Below, in pieces: positions 28,871-38,384 of a stretch of 64,000 nt of DNA. The notes beneath the pieces were generated by a model. The model was not told the origin of the DNA and did no database searches. It saw only the letters and a program-made list of their open reading frames with translations. Made by a program: the position numbers and the translations under genes. Positions within the stretch are counted from its first letter, which is position 1. Every line of letters begins with the position of its first letter. Source of the DNA: Spirochaetia bacterium (GTDB taxonomy: Bacteria > Spirochaetota > Spirochaetia > UBA9216); contig CAXXYH010000004.1 in assembly GCA_963677925.2 (NCBI GenBank), positions 736,001-800,000 of the forward strand. Direction: 5' to 3'.

Positions 28871-30514
28871 ATGGATTTGAATTTCGGCTACGCGGATGTA
28901 GCCTTTAAAAATGGCAAAGTAATAACTGTAAATGAAAAAGATGAGATTGTTCAGGCCCTGGCAGTTAAGGGAAACAAAATAGTCTTTGTCGGCAGCGATT
29001 CTGATGTCGATTCAATCATAAACGAAAATACAAAAGTAATCGATCTGAAAGGCCGGAGCATGATGCCCGGAATTATTGATTCGCATTTTCACCCTATCCT
29101 CGCCGGATTTATCGGTCCTGAGATGGATGCTGCAATGATTGATACGACATTTAAAAACTGCAAGAGTCTTGTCGAAATGCTTGATCTTCTAAAGCAGGCC
29201 GTATCAATCAAAAAGCCCGGCCAATGGGTATCGATGATGGGTTATGAACCCCTGCTTCTTCCTGAACAGCGGCATCCTACGATAGAAGAACTTGACGCTA
29301 TAGCCCCGAATAACCCAGTTCACTGTATGCACGGCGGCGGCCATATATGTATGTACAACTCAAAGGCTCTTGAATACCTTGATGTCTACAAACCTGAAGA
29401 TGCTGATAAGTATCCTCATAATGAGGTAGAGGTTATTGACGGTAAGCTGACCGGAATGGTTTACGGTCACACTCACTTCAAGCTTTGGGGAATGGTTGAT
29501 TATACCGAAGAACAGCAGGCAAAGGCTGCAATGAAATCGCATGATATTGCGCTTAAGGCAGGAATTACCTCTGTGCATGATGCCGGAGAGTGCGATAAAC
29601 CTTCATACCATATCATGCAGAAACTCTGCCGCGATCGAACCTTTAAAATTAGAAGTTATATGCTGCTGCACAGTATTTTCGGAAAACCCTTCTCTCTGGA
29701 AGATAACGATCATTTTATGTCTCTCGGTTTTCAGACAGGCCTTGGTGATGAACATTTCAGAATAGGCTCATGCAAGTTCATGATTGACGGCGGCTCCGGC
29801 GGGCCTTCCTGCGCTACCCGTGAGCCCTACAGCCATGACCCTTCACTTCCCAGAGAGCGCGGATGGGAACGTGAAGAGGTTGCGGAATATATCAAACTCA
29901 TCAATGATGCTGAGTGTCAGGGTACCGCCCATGCAATCGGAGACCTTGCTGTTGAGTTTATGGTTGAAGGTTATGAAAAAGCGTTCAAAGACAACCCCAG
30001 GCCGGATCTCCGCCACAGAATAGAGCACTGTACGATATCGGACCAGGACCTCATTGACCGTATGGCAAAGATGAATATCTGCCCGACTGTTAATCCGGGT
30101 ATGCTCACAACAATAGGTGCAAACTATTCAAAGTTCTACGGTGAACGTATGAAGTATCTTATTGCGCTGCGGAGCATGCTTGATGCGGGTATCAGAGTTT
30201 CGCTGGCCAGTGACTATCCTTCAGGCCCGATTGGAATTAATGTAATGGACGGTGCTGTTAACCGCTATAACAGGGCAAACAGTATACAGCTTGACCAGAC
30301 ACAGTGCATAAGTGTTCTTGAAGCCGTAAGATGTACAACCCTTAACGGTGCATATGCTTCTTTTGAAGATGATATTAAGGGCAGTCTTGAAGAAGGCAAG
30401 CTTGCCGACATGATAATCCTTTCCGAGGATATAACTTCAATCGATCCGATGAAGCTTAATGAAGTTGAAGTTGAGCTGACAATGATTGATGGTGAAATAC
30501 TCTACTCTAAGTAG
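28871..30514 (+). CDS. Amidohydrolase 3 (YtcJ-like) metal-dependent hydrolase
   Basis: PGIIDSHFH, KFMIDG, HAIGD, RHRIEH, ASDYP and GKLADMIIL. ATG 28871 after GGAGG. Confidence 0.9.
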   Translation: MDLNFGYADVAFKNGKVITVNEKDEIVQALAVKGNKIVFVGSDSDVDSIINENTKVIDLKGRSMMPGIIDSHFHPILAGFIGPEMDAAMIDTTFKNCKSLVEMLDLLKQAVSIKKPGQWVSMMGYEPLLLPEQRHPTIEELDAIAPNNPVHCMHGGGHICMYNSKALEYLDVYKPEDADKYPHNEVEVIDGKLTGMVYGHTHFKLWGMVDYTEEQQAKAAMKSHDIALKAGITSVHDAGECDKPSYHIMQKLCRDRTFKIRSYMLLHSIFGKPFSLEDNDHFMSLGFQTGLGDEHFRIGSCKFMIDGGSGGPSCATREPYSHDPSLPRERGWEREEVAEYIKLINDAECQGTAHAIGDLAVEFMVEGYEKAFKDNPRPDLRHRIEHCTISDQDLIDRMAKMNICPTVNPGMLTTIGANYSKFYGERMKYLIALRSMLDAGIRVSLASDYPSGPIGINVMDGAVNRYNRANSIQLDQTQCISVLEAVRCTTLNGAYASFEDDIKGSLEEGKLADMIILSEDITSIDPMKLNEVEVELTMIDGEILYSK

Positions 30515-30531
30515 ATTTTACAGAAAGTTGG

Positions 30532-30569
30532 AGCAGGATTGGAGCTTTAAGGCTTCTGTCCTGCTTTTT
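30532..30569 (+). terminator. Terminator between convergent genes
   Basis: AGCAGGA...GGAGC-TTTAAG-GCTTC..TCCTGCTTTTT. Confidence 0.6.
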
Positions 30570-30951
30570 ACAGTTTGCATTTATAAGTGATTTTCGTTGA
30601 GCCCAGAATTATTACATCCTGATTTTTAAGTTCGATCATTTCATCAATATTTATTTTCTTTTTGTTTATGTATGTGCCGTTTTTGCTTCCGATATCCTTA
30701 AGGTATGCCTTCCCGAGTTTAAAAGTCACGGTAGCATGAAACTTGGAAACCTTCGGATCCGAAACAATCACAGCATTGCTGCGGTCCCGTCCTATCCCGA
30801 AACTTCTATTTGACAGCGGAACACTGCGGCTGTGGGCCTGAATCATCGGAACCTTGTTTATATAGGAAATTACAGCTTCTTTCTCAATAGTTATTCCTCT
30901 GGACAGATCTGTGAAAATGGTTTCAGCATTAAAAAGGTTTTTCCCCGGCAT
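30568..30951 (-). CDS. FHA domain protein
   Basis: IGR, VSKFHA, DIGSKNGTYIN and D.IILG motifs. Confidence 0.88.
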   Translation of the reverse strand: MPGKNLFNAETIFTDLSRGITIEKEAVISYINKVPMIQAHSRSVPLSNRSFGIGRDRSNAVIVSDPKVSKFHATVTFKLGKAYLKDIGSKNGTYINKKKINIDEMIELKNQDVIILGSTKITYKCKL

Positions 30952-31072
30952 AGCCTCTCTCTTCCGTATTTATCTTGTATCTTTAATGATATAGCAAAAC
31001 TCTGAAAAATCATACCGATTTTATGAATAGAAAAGGCTTAACAGTAAAAGACGCAAGTTATATATTCTCTGT

Positions 31073-32041
31073 ATGGATGTAAGCGGAATATCAGAACAGA
31101 TTTTAAATAATATCAAAGCTGTCCCTGTGAATAAAACCCCGGAAGGGCTTCCCCTTGAACCCTGCAGGATATTCAACAGCAGGAATTCAGAATTATCTGA
31201 ATGTCCTGATATGAATATCGATTATTTTCCGCCTCTGGTGCATATCATCCTTTACAGTACTGTTTCAGATGAAGATTCTAATGATTTGGTGGGAATGCTC
31301 CGCACTTCGCTGGCCGGCGCAAAGATAACTGTCCAGGATCGTTCGGTTCGCCCCTTTGAGCTGAAGTATTCAGATTTAACAGAGTCTGATGAGTATGCTG
31401 TTACTGAAAACGGACTGCAGTATTATGTTCAGCCGCTCAGAGGGCAGAACTTCGGTTTTTTTGCAGATATGCGTGAGGGCCGGCGTCTGGTCAGTCAGAT
31501 TGCAGCCTCTTTGCTTGCCGAAAAGAAGTCCGTAAATGTGCTCAATCTTTTTGCCTACACCTGCTCACTGTCGGTTGCGGCGGTTTATGCCGGAGCCTCA
31601 AAATGTGTCAACATCGATAAAAATAAACGTTCACTCGATATAGGCAGGCGTAACCACAGCCTGAACGCAGATCAGCTTCCGGATGATTATTCAAAGAAAG
31701 TGAAATACCTGCCTCATGATATTTTCAAGTCATTCGGCAAGCTGAAAAAGGAAGGCCCGTACAATCTTATTATCGCCGATCCTCCGCCCAGCCAGCCTGG
31801 AAGTTTTATACTTGAAAAGGATTATCCAAGGCTGATAAGGCGGCTGCCTGAAATGCTTGAGAGCGGCGGATTTCTTCTGCTGAGTCTTAATTCACCTGCA
31901 TTCAGCTGGGAGGATTTTGAAAAGCTTACTGCCGAAGCCCTGCCTGAAGCGGCTGTTTTAAAAAGAATAGAACCGCCCGCAGACTTTGCTCCTGCTGAAG
32001 CCGGCCGGGGCTTGAAACTTCTTGTTGTTAAACTTGAATAG
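31073..32041 (+). CDS. Class I SAM-dependent methyltransferase (RlmI/RlmK-like)
   Basis: QNFGFFADMREGR, VLNLFAYT and IIADPP. Confidence 0.85.
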   Translation: MDVSGISEQILNNIKAVPVNKTPEGLPLEPCRIFNSRNSELSECPDMNIDYFPPLVHIILYSTVSDEDSNDLVGMLRTSLAGAKITVQDRSVRPFELKYSDLTESDEYAVTENGLQYYVQPLRGQNFGFFADMREGRRLVSQIAASLLAEKKSVNVLNLFAYTCSLSVAAVYAGASKCVNIDKNKRSLDIGRRNHSLNADQLPDDYSKKVKYLPHDIFKSFGKLKKEGPYNLIIADPPPSQPGSFILEKDYPRLIRRLPEMLESGGFLLLSLNSPAFSWEDFEKLTAEALPEAAVLKRIEPPADFAPAEAGRGLKLLVVKLE

Positions 32042-32062
32042 AAATTTTGAAACTGACTTCAG

Positions 32063-33295
32063 ATGAATTATCCTTCAGTTATGGATAGTTTGCATGTCGA
32101 TGAAAAACTTCTGGAATACGCTGAGGGGCTGGAGTCAGGTGATACAACAAGAAAATTCTATGATTTATACAGCCGGTATCTTGAAAACTGTACATCAGCT
32201 GATCTTAATTCCGCTATCGACCTTTACATGCAGAAGCAGTCTGATTATACAAGGATAGAAAAGGTTGTCGGGCAGCTTATTCGGGCCTGTTCGAAGGGAA
32301 TTGAGAAGAATTTTATAGAGCATATAGATGAACCTCCGTTTATCAGACTCCTTAAAATAGAGAACAGAAAACTGGAGGCTGTCAGAAGAGAATCTTCAAC
32401 AATTTTCAGATCATTTATCAAGTGCGGAAAAGAAGACTGCCGTGAGCAGAAGCGGCGGGCGGATGATCTGATTAAAATTCTGGAAATCAAAAAAGGGATC
32501 CTTCCGCACTATCAGAAAATTCAGAATACGCTTTTTTCCGCTCTTGAAGAGCAGAGCTCAGGTATGAACTGTCTTAAGCTGATGTGGTATCTTCAGGATG
32601 GAGTCCTGGAAAATATAAAAATTCTGATAAAGCTGGTTTCAGAACCGGAACCTGATTTTAATATCATTAATAAGCTGTACGGTAAACTGTTTCTGACAAT
32701 GGGGAATCTTATATACCGGGAAGAAAAAATACTGCTGCCGATATCGATGGAAATACTATCACCCGGTGTGTTCTCAGCAATGGTAAATGATGCAGCAGAA
32801 TACGGCGGTGCATTTAATCTGGACATACTAAGTTTTGTAAAAGATTCAGTTCGGAAAGAACATTCTTTGAAAGATTTCGCTGGTGTCGAAGAAAAAGATA
32901 ATCTATCGCTTTCGGTGGGAGCTCTGAATTTAGCTCAGCTGGACCTGATGCTCAATACTCTGCCTGTTGATATAACCTTCGTCGATGAAAATGATCGGGT
33001 GAAGTATTTCAGCCAGGGAAAGGAAAGAATCTTCCCCCGTTCTCCCGGAATTATAGGCCGTGCTGTTCAGAACTGTCATCCGCCAAAAAGTATGCATATA
33101 GTTCAGGAAATTATTGACGATTTTAAGACTGGAAAACGGGATACTGCAGAGTTCTGGATTACACTGGAGGGGCGATTTATCCATATCCGCTATTTTGCGA
33201 TGTTTGAAGGAAATTCCTATAGGGGCGTTCTTGAAGTCAGCCAGGATGTTACAGATATCCGAGCTCTTGAAGGACAGAAACGTCTGCTTGATTAG
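32063..33295 (+). CDS. DUF438-like protein with hemerythrin-like and PAS domains
   Basis: MW..QD, IYREEKILLP and LPVDITFVDENDRVKYFS...GRAVQNCHPPKS...EVSQD. Confidence 0.8.
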   Translation: MNYPSVMDSLHVDEKLLEYAEGLESGDTTRKFYDLYSRYLENCTSADLNSAIDLYMQKQSDYTRIEKVVGQLIRACSKGIEKNFIEHIDEPPFIRLLKIENRKLEAVRRESSTIFRSFIKCGKEDCREQKRRADDLIKILEIKKGILPHYQKIQNTLFSALEEQSSGMNCLKLMWYLQDGVLENIKILIKLVSEPEPDFNIINKLYGKLFLTMGNLIYREEKILLPISMEILSPGVFSAMVNDAAEYGGAFNLDILSFVKDSVRKEHSLKDFAGVEEKDNLSLSVGALNLAQLDLMLNTLPVDITFVDENDRVKYFSQGKERIFPRSPGIIGRAVQNCHPPKSMHIVQEIIDDFKTGKRDTAEFWITLEGRFIHIRYFAMFEGNSYRGVLEVSQDVTDIRALEGQKRLLD

Positions 33296-34179
33296 AACAG
33301 ATCGCTTAGTTCCCTGATAAAATTATGAAGTACGGGATTCTGGTTTGTCTTCAGCCAGGCAAACACTACTTCAAGCTTGATATCAAAATTTTCTATTGGT
33401 ATAAACGATATTCCTCTGGTTGTATGAGGGGTTTTTACGTATTCCGGAAGAAGGCTCATTCCGAAACCCGATTCGACTAATAATAGAATTGAATCCAGGC
33501 CCCGGGTTTTTTTTATTCTGGATGGAGAAATACCGGCGCCCTCCCAGTCCCGCTGCAGGATTCTTCCCATTTCAGGATTCGCAGGATCTTCGTGAATAAT
33601 GACAGTAGATTTGTTGATTACAGAGATTGGAATTTTAGGCAGTAAGGCTTCGGGTGAATCTGATTTAACTGCAGCAACAATGCAAAATGTCCCCATTCGA
33701 AAAGTATCAATATTGACTGTGTTCAGCAGATCATAGGGAAAAGCCTGGATGATATCTGTTTTGCCGTATTTAAGATCTTCAAGTATACTCCAGTTTTCAC
33801 TCTGATTAATTTCCAGATCAACTGAAGGAAACTTTTTATGGAAACCGCTGATAACAGATGGCAGGTTCAGCCTTCCAAGGTAGTTTGGAAAACTGATTTT
33901 GAGTGTCCCCTCATATCCTTCGTTTATGAGTCTTCCCTTTGAAATTGAAGATTCATGAAGATCAAGTATTCTTTTAGCATCAAGTAAAAAACTTTCTCCG
34001 GCTCGTGTTAATCGGACTTCCCTGTTGTTTCTGTCAAAAAGTCTGAATCCTGCTTCTTCTTCAAGTTTTGAAATTTGAGCACTCATTGCAGTCTGGGTCA
34101 GGCCGCATTCTCCGGCAGCTCTTGTGAAATTCAGATATTCTGCTGCAACTGTGAAGTTTTTTATACTTATCAGATCCAT
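33292..34179 (-). CDS. LysR-family regulator
   Basis: LNFTRAAGECGLTQTAMSAQISKLEEE.G..LFDR HTH. Confidence 0.92.
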   Translation of the reverse strand: MDLISIKNFTVAAEYLNFTRAAGECGLTQTAMSAQISKLEEEAGFRLFDRNNREVRLTRAGESFLLDAKRILDLHESSISKGRLINEGYEGTLKISFPNYLGRLNLPSVISGFHKKFPSVDLEINQSENWSILEDLKYGKTDIIQAFPYDLLNTVNIDTFRMGTFCIVAAVKSDSPEALLPKIPISVINKSTVIIHEDPANPEMGRILQRDWEGAGISPSRIKKTRGLDSILLLVESGFGMSLLPEYVKTPHTTRGISFIPIENFDIKLEVVFAWLKTNQNPVLHNFIRELSDLF

Positions 34180-34193
34180 AAGTGATTATACAT

Positions 34194-34230
34194 AAAAAAT
34201 ACCCCGCCCGCACCTGCGGACAGGGTATTC
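34194..34230 (-). terminator. Intrinsic terminator after the flavinylated reductase
   Basis: Minus strand GAATACCCTGTCCGC-AGGT-GCGGGCGGGGTATTTTTT. Confidence 0.7.
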
Positions 34231-34240
34231 TAATAAAGTT

Positions 34241-36118
34241 TTACTGTTCAGCAGCCTTATATCCGGCAAGTCTTCCGGAATTAAAGGCAAAAGAAAGGCA
34301 CAGTCCTTCATATACAGGATAAGAATCTCCATAAAGACTTCCTGCATCGCATCCGACCGCAAAAAGTCCGGGGATTGCTTTCATTTCGTCAGTAAGGACT
34401 TCAAGATCGCTGTTGACCCGAACACCGCCGATCGAGTTTTCAACAAGTGCCGCAGCTTTTATTGCATAGAACGGGCCCTCGGAAACACCATACTTCAGGT
34501 ATTCTTCATCTTTGAAAAACTTAGTGTCATTTCCTGTCCTTACCGCTTCTGTGTAGGATGCAGCAGAAGCCTTTAGATTTTCAGGGTCCACATCAATTGC
34601 TGCCGCAAGTTCTTCCAGTGTATCAGCCTTGAATGCTCCGCCGGCTTGAATGGTTGCCTCCATCGACTCGTAAAGGTTCTCGAGAGGAGCGACAACTCCG
34701 GAAGCAAGATTAGTATCTACATTTGCACCTACAAGATAGGTTCGTTCAAAAGAGTTCGTCAGCGGTGAACCTTCAGTTGAAAGAAGCTTCATGGTTGTTT
34801 CATCAACAACGGTATAATAAACTCCCCCCTGCGTAACTACGGCATTGCCCCATAACGCAAAGTCGTAAACAGCTGATTCATCAACAAATCTTTTTCCCTC
34901 TCTGTTTATCCACATAAGGGGAAGGTTGTGCAGCTGCCCTGCAGTTCCCTGCCATATTTTGGGATCTTTTACAGGGATAAGAGCGGAATGAACTGCAATC
35001 CCGGGGTTAAACTCGTCAGCACCAGCTTCAACAGCCATGTTGAAGCCGTCTCCAACATTGTTTGCATATGCAAGAGTTGCGTAGTCGGTTACATTCATAT
35101 ATTTTCTTATCATTTCATCATTGCCCCCGAAACCGCCTGTTGCAAGAATTACAGATTCGGCTCTAACGGTCAGCTCAGATCCGTCAGCTTTTTCAGCAAT
35201 AATTCCTGTGACTTTTCCGTTTTCAATTATGAGTTTTTTTCCTGCAGCATCGGTATACAGTTTTCCACCCATGTTTTCAAATTTTGAGTACATAGTGTCG
35301 TATGCCTGATGCTTATCCACATATTTATGATAGGTGGCGGGATCATTTACATGAGCTTTCTGTGTATTCGGGATCAATTTTGTTTCCGCACCGTATTTTG
35401 CCATCCAGTCTATTGTTGACGCGCTTTCCGCAAGTATAGTTCTGGTAAGATCTCCGTTATTTTTCAGATGAGTATATTCAGCAAGAAACTTGAATGCCTG
35501 TTCTACAGTATACTTAATTCCAAGGTCTTTCTGCTGACTGCTTTCAAATGCCAGAAGTCCTTCTGCAAAAAATCTACCGGCACCACCGGGCGTGGATGCT
35601 TTTTCGAGAACAACAACATTGGCTCCTTTTTCTGCAGCCGCAAGCGCTGCTGCTGTTCCTGAAGCGCCTCCTCCGACTACAACAACATCTGCTGTAATCT
35701 CTTCATTCTGAAGACTGTTTTCCCTGGCGGACGGACGAAGATCTGCAGCAGATCCGCCGGCTTTTTCTAAAGCTATCATGACGGCTTCCTTTACCGCATC
35801 AGATGAGTCCGATGCCCCGGTCACTGCGTCAACATCAAGGCTTTGTTCTGCGATTATTTTTGAAGCCATTTTCTCAAGTGCCGGTTTGCCAAGTCCGTCA
35901 GTCTCTGATTCGCTGATAACTGTAATAGCCGTAATTCCTGTTTCTGACATTTCCACCTCGAACTCAATGTCGCCGCCGTGTCCTGAAATTGTTACCGGGT
36001 ATTTTCCCGGTGTGAAGCGTTTGCCTTCTGCAGTATTTGGTGTGCTGCATGAGAAGATTATTGCAAAGGCGAGCATCAGCAGTCCTGCCGCCGCAATAAT
36101 TTTACTGAGATTTTTCAT
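34241..36118 (-). CDS. Flavinylated extracytoplasmic reductase lipoprotein (FMN_bind fused to FAD_binding_2; urocanate/fumarate-reductase-like)
   Basis: Lipobox IIFSC; VDAVTGAS flavinylation motif; DVVVVGGGASG, VILATGGF, GGVRVN and SGRLAG. ATG 36118 after AGGAG. Confidence 0.9.
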   Translation of the reverse strand: MKNLSKIIAAAGLLMLAFAIIFSCSTPNTAEGKRFTPGKYPVTISGHGGDIEFEVEMSETGITAITVISESETDGLGKPALEKMASKIIAEQSLDVDAVTGASDSSDAVKEAVMIALEKAGGSAADLRPSARENSLQNEEITADVVVVGGGASGTAAALAAAEKGANVVVLEKASTPGGAGRFFAEGLLAFESSQQKDLGIKYTVEQAFKFLAEYTHLKNNGDLTRTILAESASTIDWMAKYGAETKLIPNTQKAHVNDPATYHKYVDKHQAYDTMYSKFENMGGKLYTDAAGKKLIIENGKVTGIIAEKADGSELTVRAESVILATGGFGGNDEMIRKYMNVTDYATLAYANNVGDGFNMAVEAGADEFNPGIAVHSALIPVKDPKIWQGTAGQLHNLPLMWINREGKRFVDESAVYDFALWGNAVVTQGGVYYTVVDETTMKLLSTEGSPLTNSFERTYLVGANVDTNLASGVVAPLENLYESMEATIQAGGAFKADTLEELAAAIDVDPENLKASAASYTEAVRTGNDTKFFKDEEYLKYGVSEGPFYAIKAAALVENSIGGVRVNSDLEVLTDEMKAIPGLFAVGCDAGSLYGDSYPVYEGLCLSFAFNSGRLAGYKAAEQ

Positions 36119-36138
36119 AGATTCTCCTGTCTTTATTT

Positions 36139-36156
36139 TAGATAATATATTATCTA
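36139..36156. promoter_or_regulatory. TAGATAA-N4-TTATCTA operator, copy 2, overlapping the reductase -10
   Basis: Perfect palindrome TAGATAATATATTATCTA. The minus-strand promoter TTTACA-17-TAATAT has its -10 inside it. Confidence 0.7.
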
Positions 36157-36175
36157 TTGATTTGTCGGTTGTAAA

Positions 36176-36190
36176 ATGAAATATTTTCAT
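36176..36190. promoter_or_regulatory. LysR-type T-N11-A box upstream of the reductase promoter
   Basis: ATGAAA-TAT-TTTCAT palindrome just upstream of the -35; two LysR genes flank the locus. Confidence 0.5.
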
Positions 36191-36291
36191 CACGTGAGCA
36201 CTGTAATTGCTGATAATTCTGATCTGCATCCGGATTATAAATGCAAATGTTCCGGTTTCCGTAGTAAAATATTTCGAGGGAGAATTTAATT

Positions 36292-36849
36292 ATGAGAACT
36301 CTTCAGAAGACTAAAACAGACCGGTATTCAGTTTATGTTTTTTATTTAATCACGGTCTCAGTTGTTCTCCTTCTGTTTACAGGCTGTCAGACTGAGAGAG
36401 CCGGAACAGAAAAGGTTGTACCTGAGGCTGCTGTTCGCGAAACAGTCCCTGAGCAGAAGCCTTCTTCCGATGCTGTGACTTCCTCTGGGCAGGCTGTCCC
36501 TCAAACTCTGCCGGGATTTCAGCCTGAAGAAATTCACCGGATTGCAGGAGCGTATGCAAGGATTGCACCGAATGCCCCTGAAGTACTGTCAGTGTATCTG
36601 TGGTTGATACCCCGTCTGGAAAAGATGGGAATACTGCTTAATATGGATGCGCCCCAGGCAGCCTATATGCAGGTGGTTGCCGGTTTTAAATACCGGATTC
36701 TTTGTTCCTATACTGGTAACGGCAGCTCTGAAATTAAATACCTGCTGGTTCTTGTTTATGAAAATCCGGAAGGTGAAAGGGAGATAATGAAGCTTCAGAA
36801 AGAACTTACTGATGATGAAGTTTCTGAGCTCATTCTTGCTGATTATTGA
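36292..36849 (+). CDS. Lipoprotein with a cystatin-like domain
   Basis: Lipobox LFTGC; Pro/Ser linker; IAGAY...QVVAGFKY...VYENP, matching the cystatin G / QxVxG / P arrangement. Confidence 0.6.
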   Translation: MRTLQKTKTDRYSVYVFYLITVSVVLLLFTGCQTERAGTEKVVPEAAVRETVPEQKPSSDAVTSSGQAVPQTLPGFQPEEIHRIAGAYARIAPNAPEVLSVYLWLIPRLEKMGILLNMDAPQAAYMQVVAGFKYRILCSYTGNGSSEIKYLLVLVYENPEGEREIMKLQKELTDDEVSELILADY

Positions 36850-37738
36850 AGCTGTAATATTCTGAGGCAAACTCAACGTATTTTTTCAGAACAGGATTGG
36901 TGTTTGATTTTCTGTATGCCAGGACAATATCCATTTTAATATCGAGGTTCTTGAGCTGAAGCAGTCGAATTTTGGATCCTGTAGGCGTCGGTTTGACGAG
37001 AACCGGTATGAATGATATTCCGTATCCGGCCTCAACCATAAACAAGATAGAATCGAGGCCTTTGGTTCTGATTGTGTTTTTAGGAAATATACCGGCTGCA
37101 GCCCAGTCTTTATACATTCTGTTATTCAGCTCCGGCATGGCAGCATCTTCGTGGATTATTACGGTTTCTTCATTTATCATCTCGACAGTGATTTCTTTTT
37201 CATTGGCAAGTTTGTGGTTAACACTTACTGCGGCATTCATTCTGAAGGAGCCTGCTTGTATGATCTTTACATCATCTATCGACTCTAAATCGTAGGGGAA
37301 GGTTTGAACAATATCGGTTTTATTATATTTAAGCTGATCAAGAAGTATCCAGTTCTCGTTTTGGGAGATTTCAATACCTATTTCAGGGTATCTGCTGCTG
37401 AATCTCCCGGTAATCTCCGGGAGGTCTATTCTTCCTGTGTAATTAGGAAATCCGATTTTCAGTAATCCTTCCGAACCTTCAGAAAGTCTTCGTGCCCTGT
37501 CTACGTTGGAATTATAGGTTTCAATTAGGTTTGTTGTATCTATAAAAAACTGTTCTCCTGCCTTTGTAAGTCTTACTGTACGGTTGTTTCTTTCAAACAA
37601 TTTAAAACCAAGCTCTTCTTCCATTTTGAAGATCTGGGTACTCATTGCTGTCTGTGTGAGTCCGCATTCAGCTGCTGCTTTCGTAAAATTGAGATATTTG
37701 GCAACGGAAAGAAAATTCCTAAGGTAAAAGGTATCCAT
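36830..37738 (-). CDS. LysR-family regulator (paralog of 33292-34179)
   Basis: LNFTKAAAECGLTQTAMSTQI HTH. Start MDTFYL lies 6 nt after TATAAT. Confidence 0.92.
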   Translation of the reverse strand: MDTFYLRNFLSVAKYLNFTKAAAECGLTQTAMSTQIFKMEEELGFKLFERNNRTVRLTKAGEQFFIDTTNLIETYNSNVDRARRLSEGSEGLLKIGFPNYTGRIDLPEITGRFSSRYPEIGIEISQNENWILLDQLKYNKTDIVQTFPYDLESIDDVKIIQAGSFRMNAAVSVNHKLANEKEITVEMINEETVIIHEDAAMPELNNRMYKDWAAAGIFPKNTIRTKGLDSILFMVEAGYGISFIPVLVKPTPTGSKIRLLQLKNLDIKMDIVLAYRKSNTNPVLKKYVEFASEYYSFNNQQE

Positions 37739-37891
37739 ACTTAGATTATAGATCAGAAAGTCAGTAAAAATCACCCTGGACATAGCTACGATTTTGTAGG
37801 ATTTTAAGCTGAATTAAATAAAAGGGCAGAAAATCCATTTGTAAATTAAATTGATTGATATTACAAAAATTAAGGTTTATGCACTTTTTTC

Positions 37892-37932
37892 TTGACTATC
37901 GGTTTAATATTAAATAGTTTAATATTGTACTA
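37892..37932 (+). promoter_or_regulatory. marR-wrbA promoter with tandem palindromic operators
   Basis: TTGACT-17-TAGTTT overlapped by TTTAATATTAAA and TAGTTTAATATTGTACTA. Confidence 0.55.
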
Positions 37933-37934
37933 AT

Positions 37935-38366
37935 ATGAAAGAGAATGATTTGGCATTAAATACATATACAAAACTTCTTAGAGCTGAGGCGATGATCTCG
38001 TCAATAGTAGCAGCGGAAGAACTTGAAGCCAGCGGACTAACTATCAGTCAGTTTGGGGTACTTGAAGTTCTGCTGCATAAGGGAGATTTGACCGCCAGAG
38101 ATTTGTCAGAAAAGATTCTCAAAACAAAGGGAAATCTTACAATGGTAATTGATAATCTTCAGAAAAAGGGGTTGGTTGAAAGGCTGCCCTGTCTGAAGGA
38201 TCGACGGAAAACATACATTAGCCTGACACCCGAGGGAAGAAATCTTATTCAGGATATTTTCCCCCGGCATGCCCGGAGTATATCTAATTGTATGAAGGTC
38301 CTTACCGAAGAAGAGCAGGCGCAGTTAGGCGCACTGTGTAAAAAACTCGGTACAGGTCTTATTTAG
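37935..38366 (+). CDS. MarR-family regulator (MhqR-like)
   Basis: GLTISQFGVLEVLLHKG...GNLTMVIDNLQKKGLVER...DRR...LTPEG. Confidence 0.9.
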   Translation: MKENDLALNTYTKLLRAEAMISSIVAAEELEASGLTISQFGVLEVLLHKGDLTARDLSEKILKTKGNLTMVIDNLQKKGLVERLPCLKDRRKTYISLTPEGRNLIQDIFPRHARSISNCMKVLTEEEQAQLGALCKKLGTGLI

Positions 38367-38384
38367 TATTTTAAGGAGTCTTAA

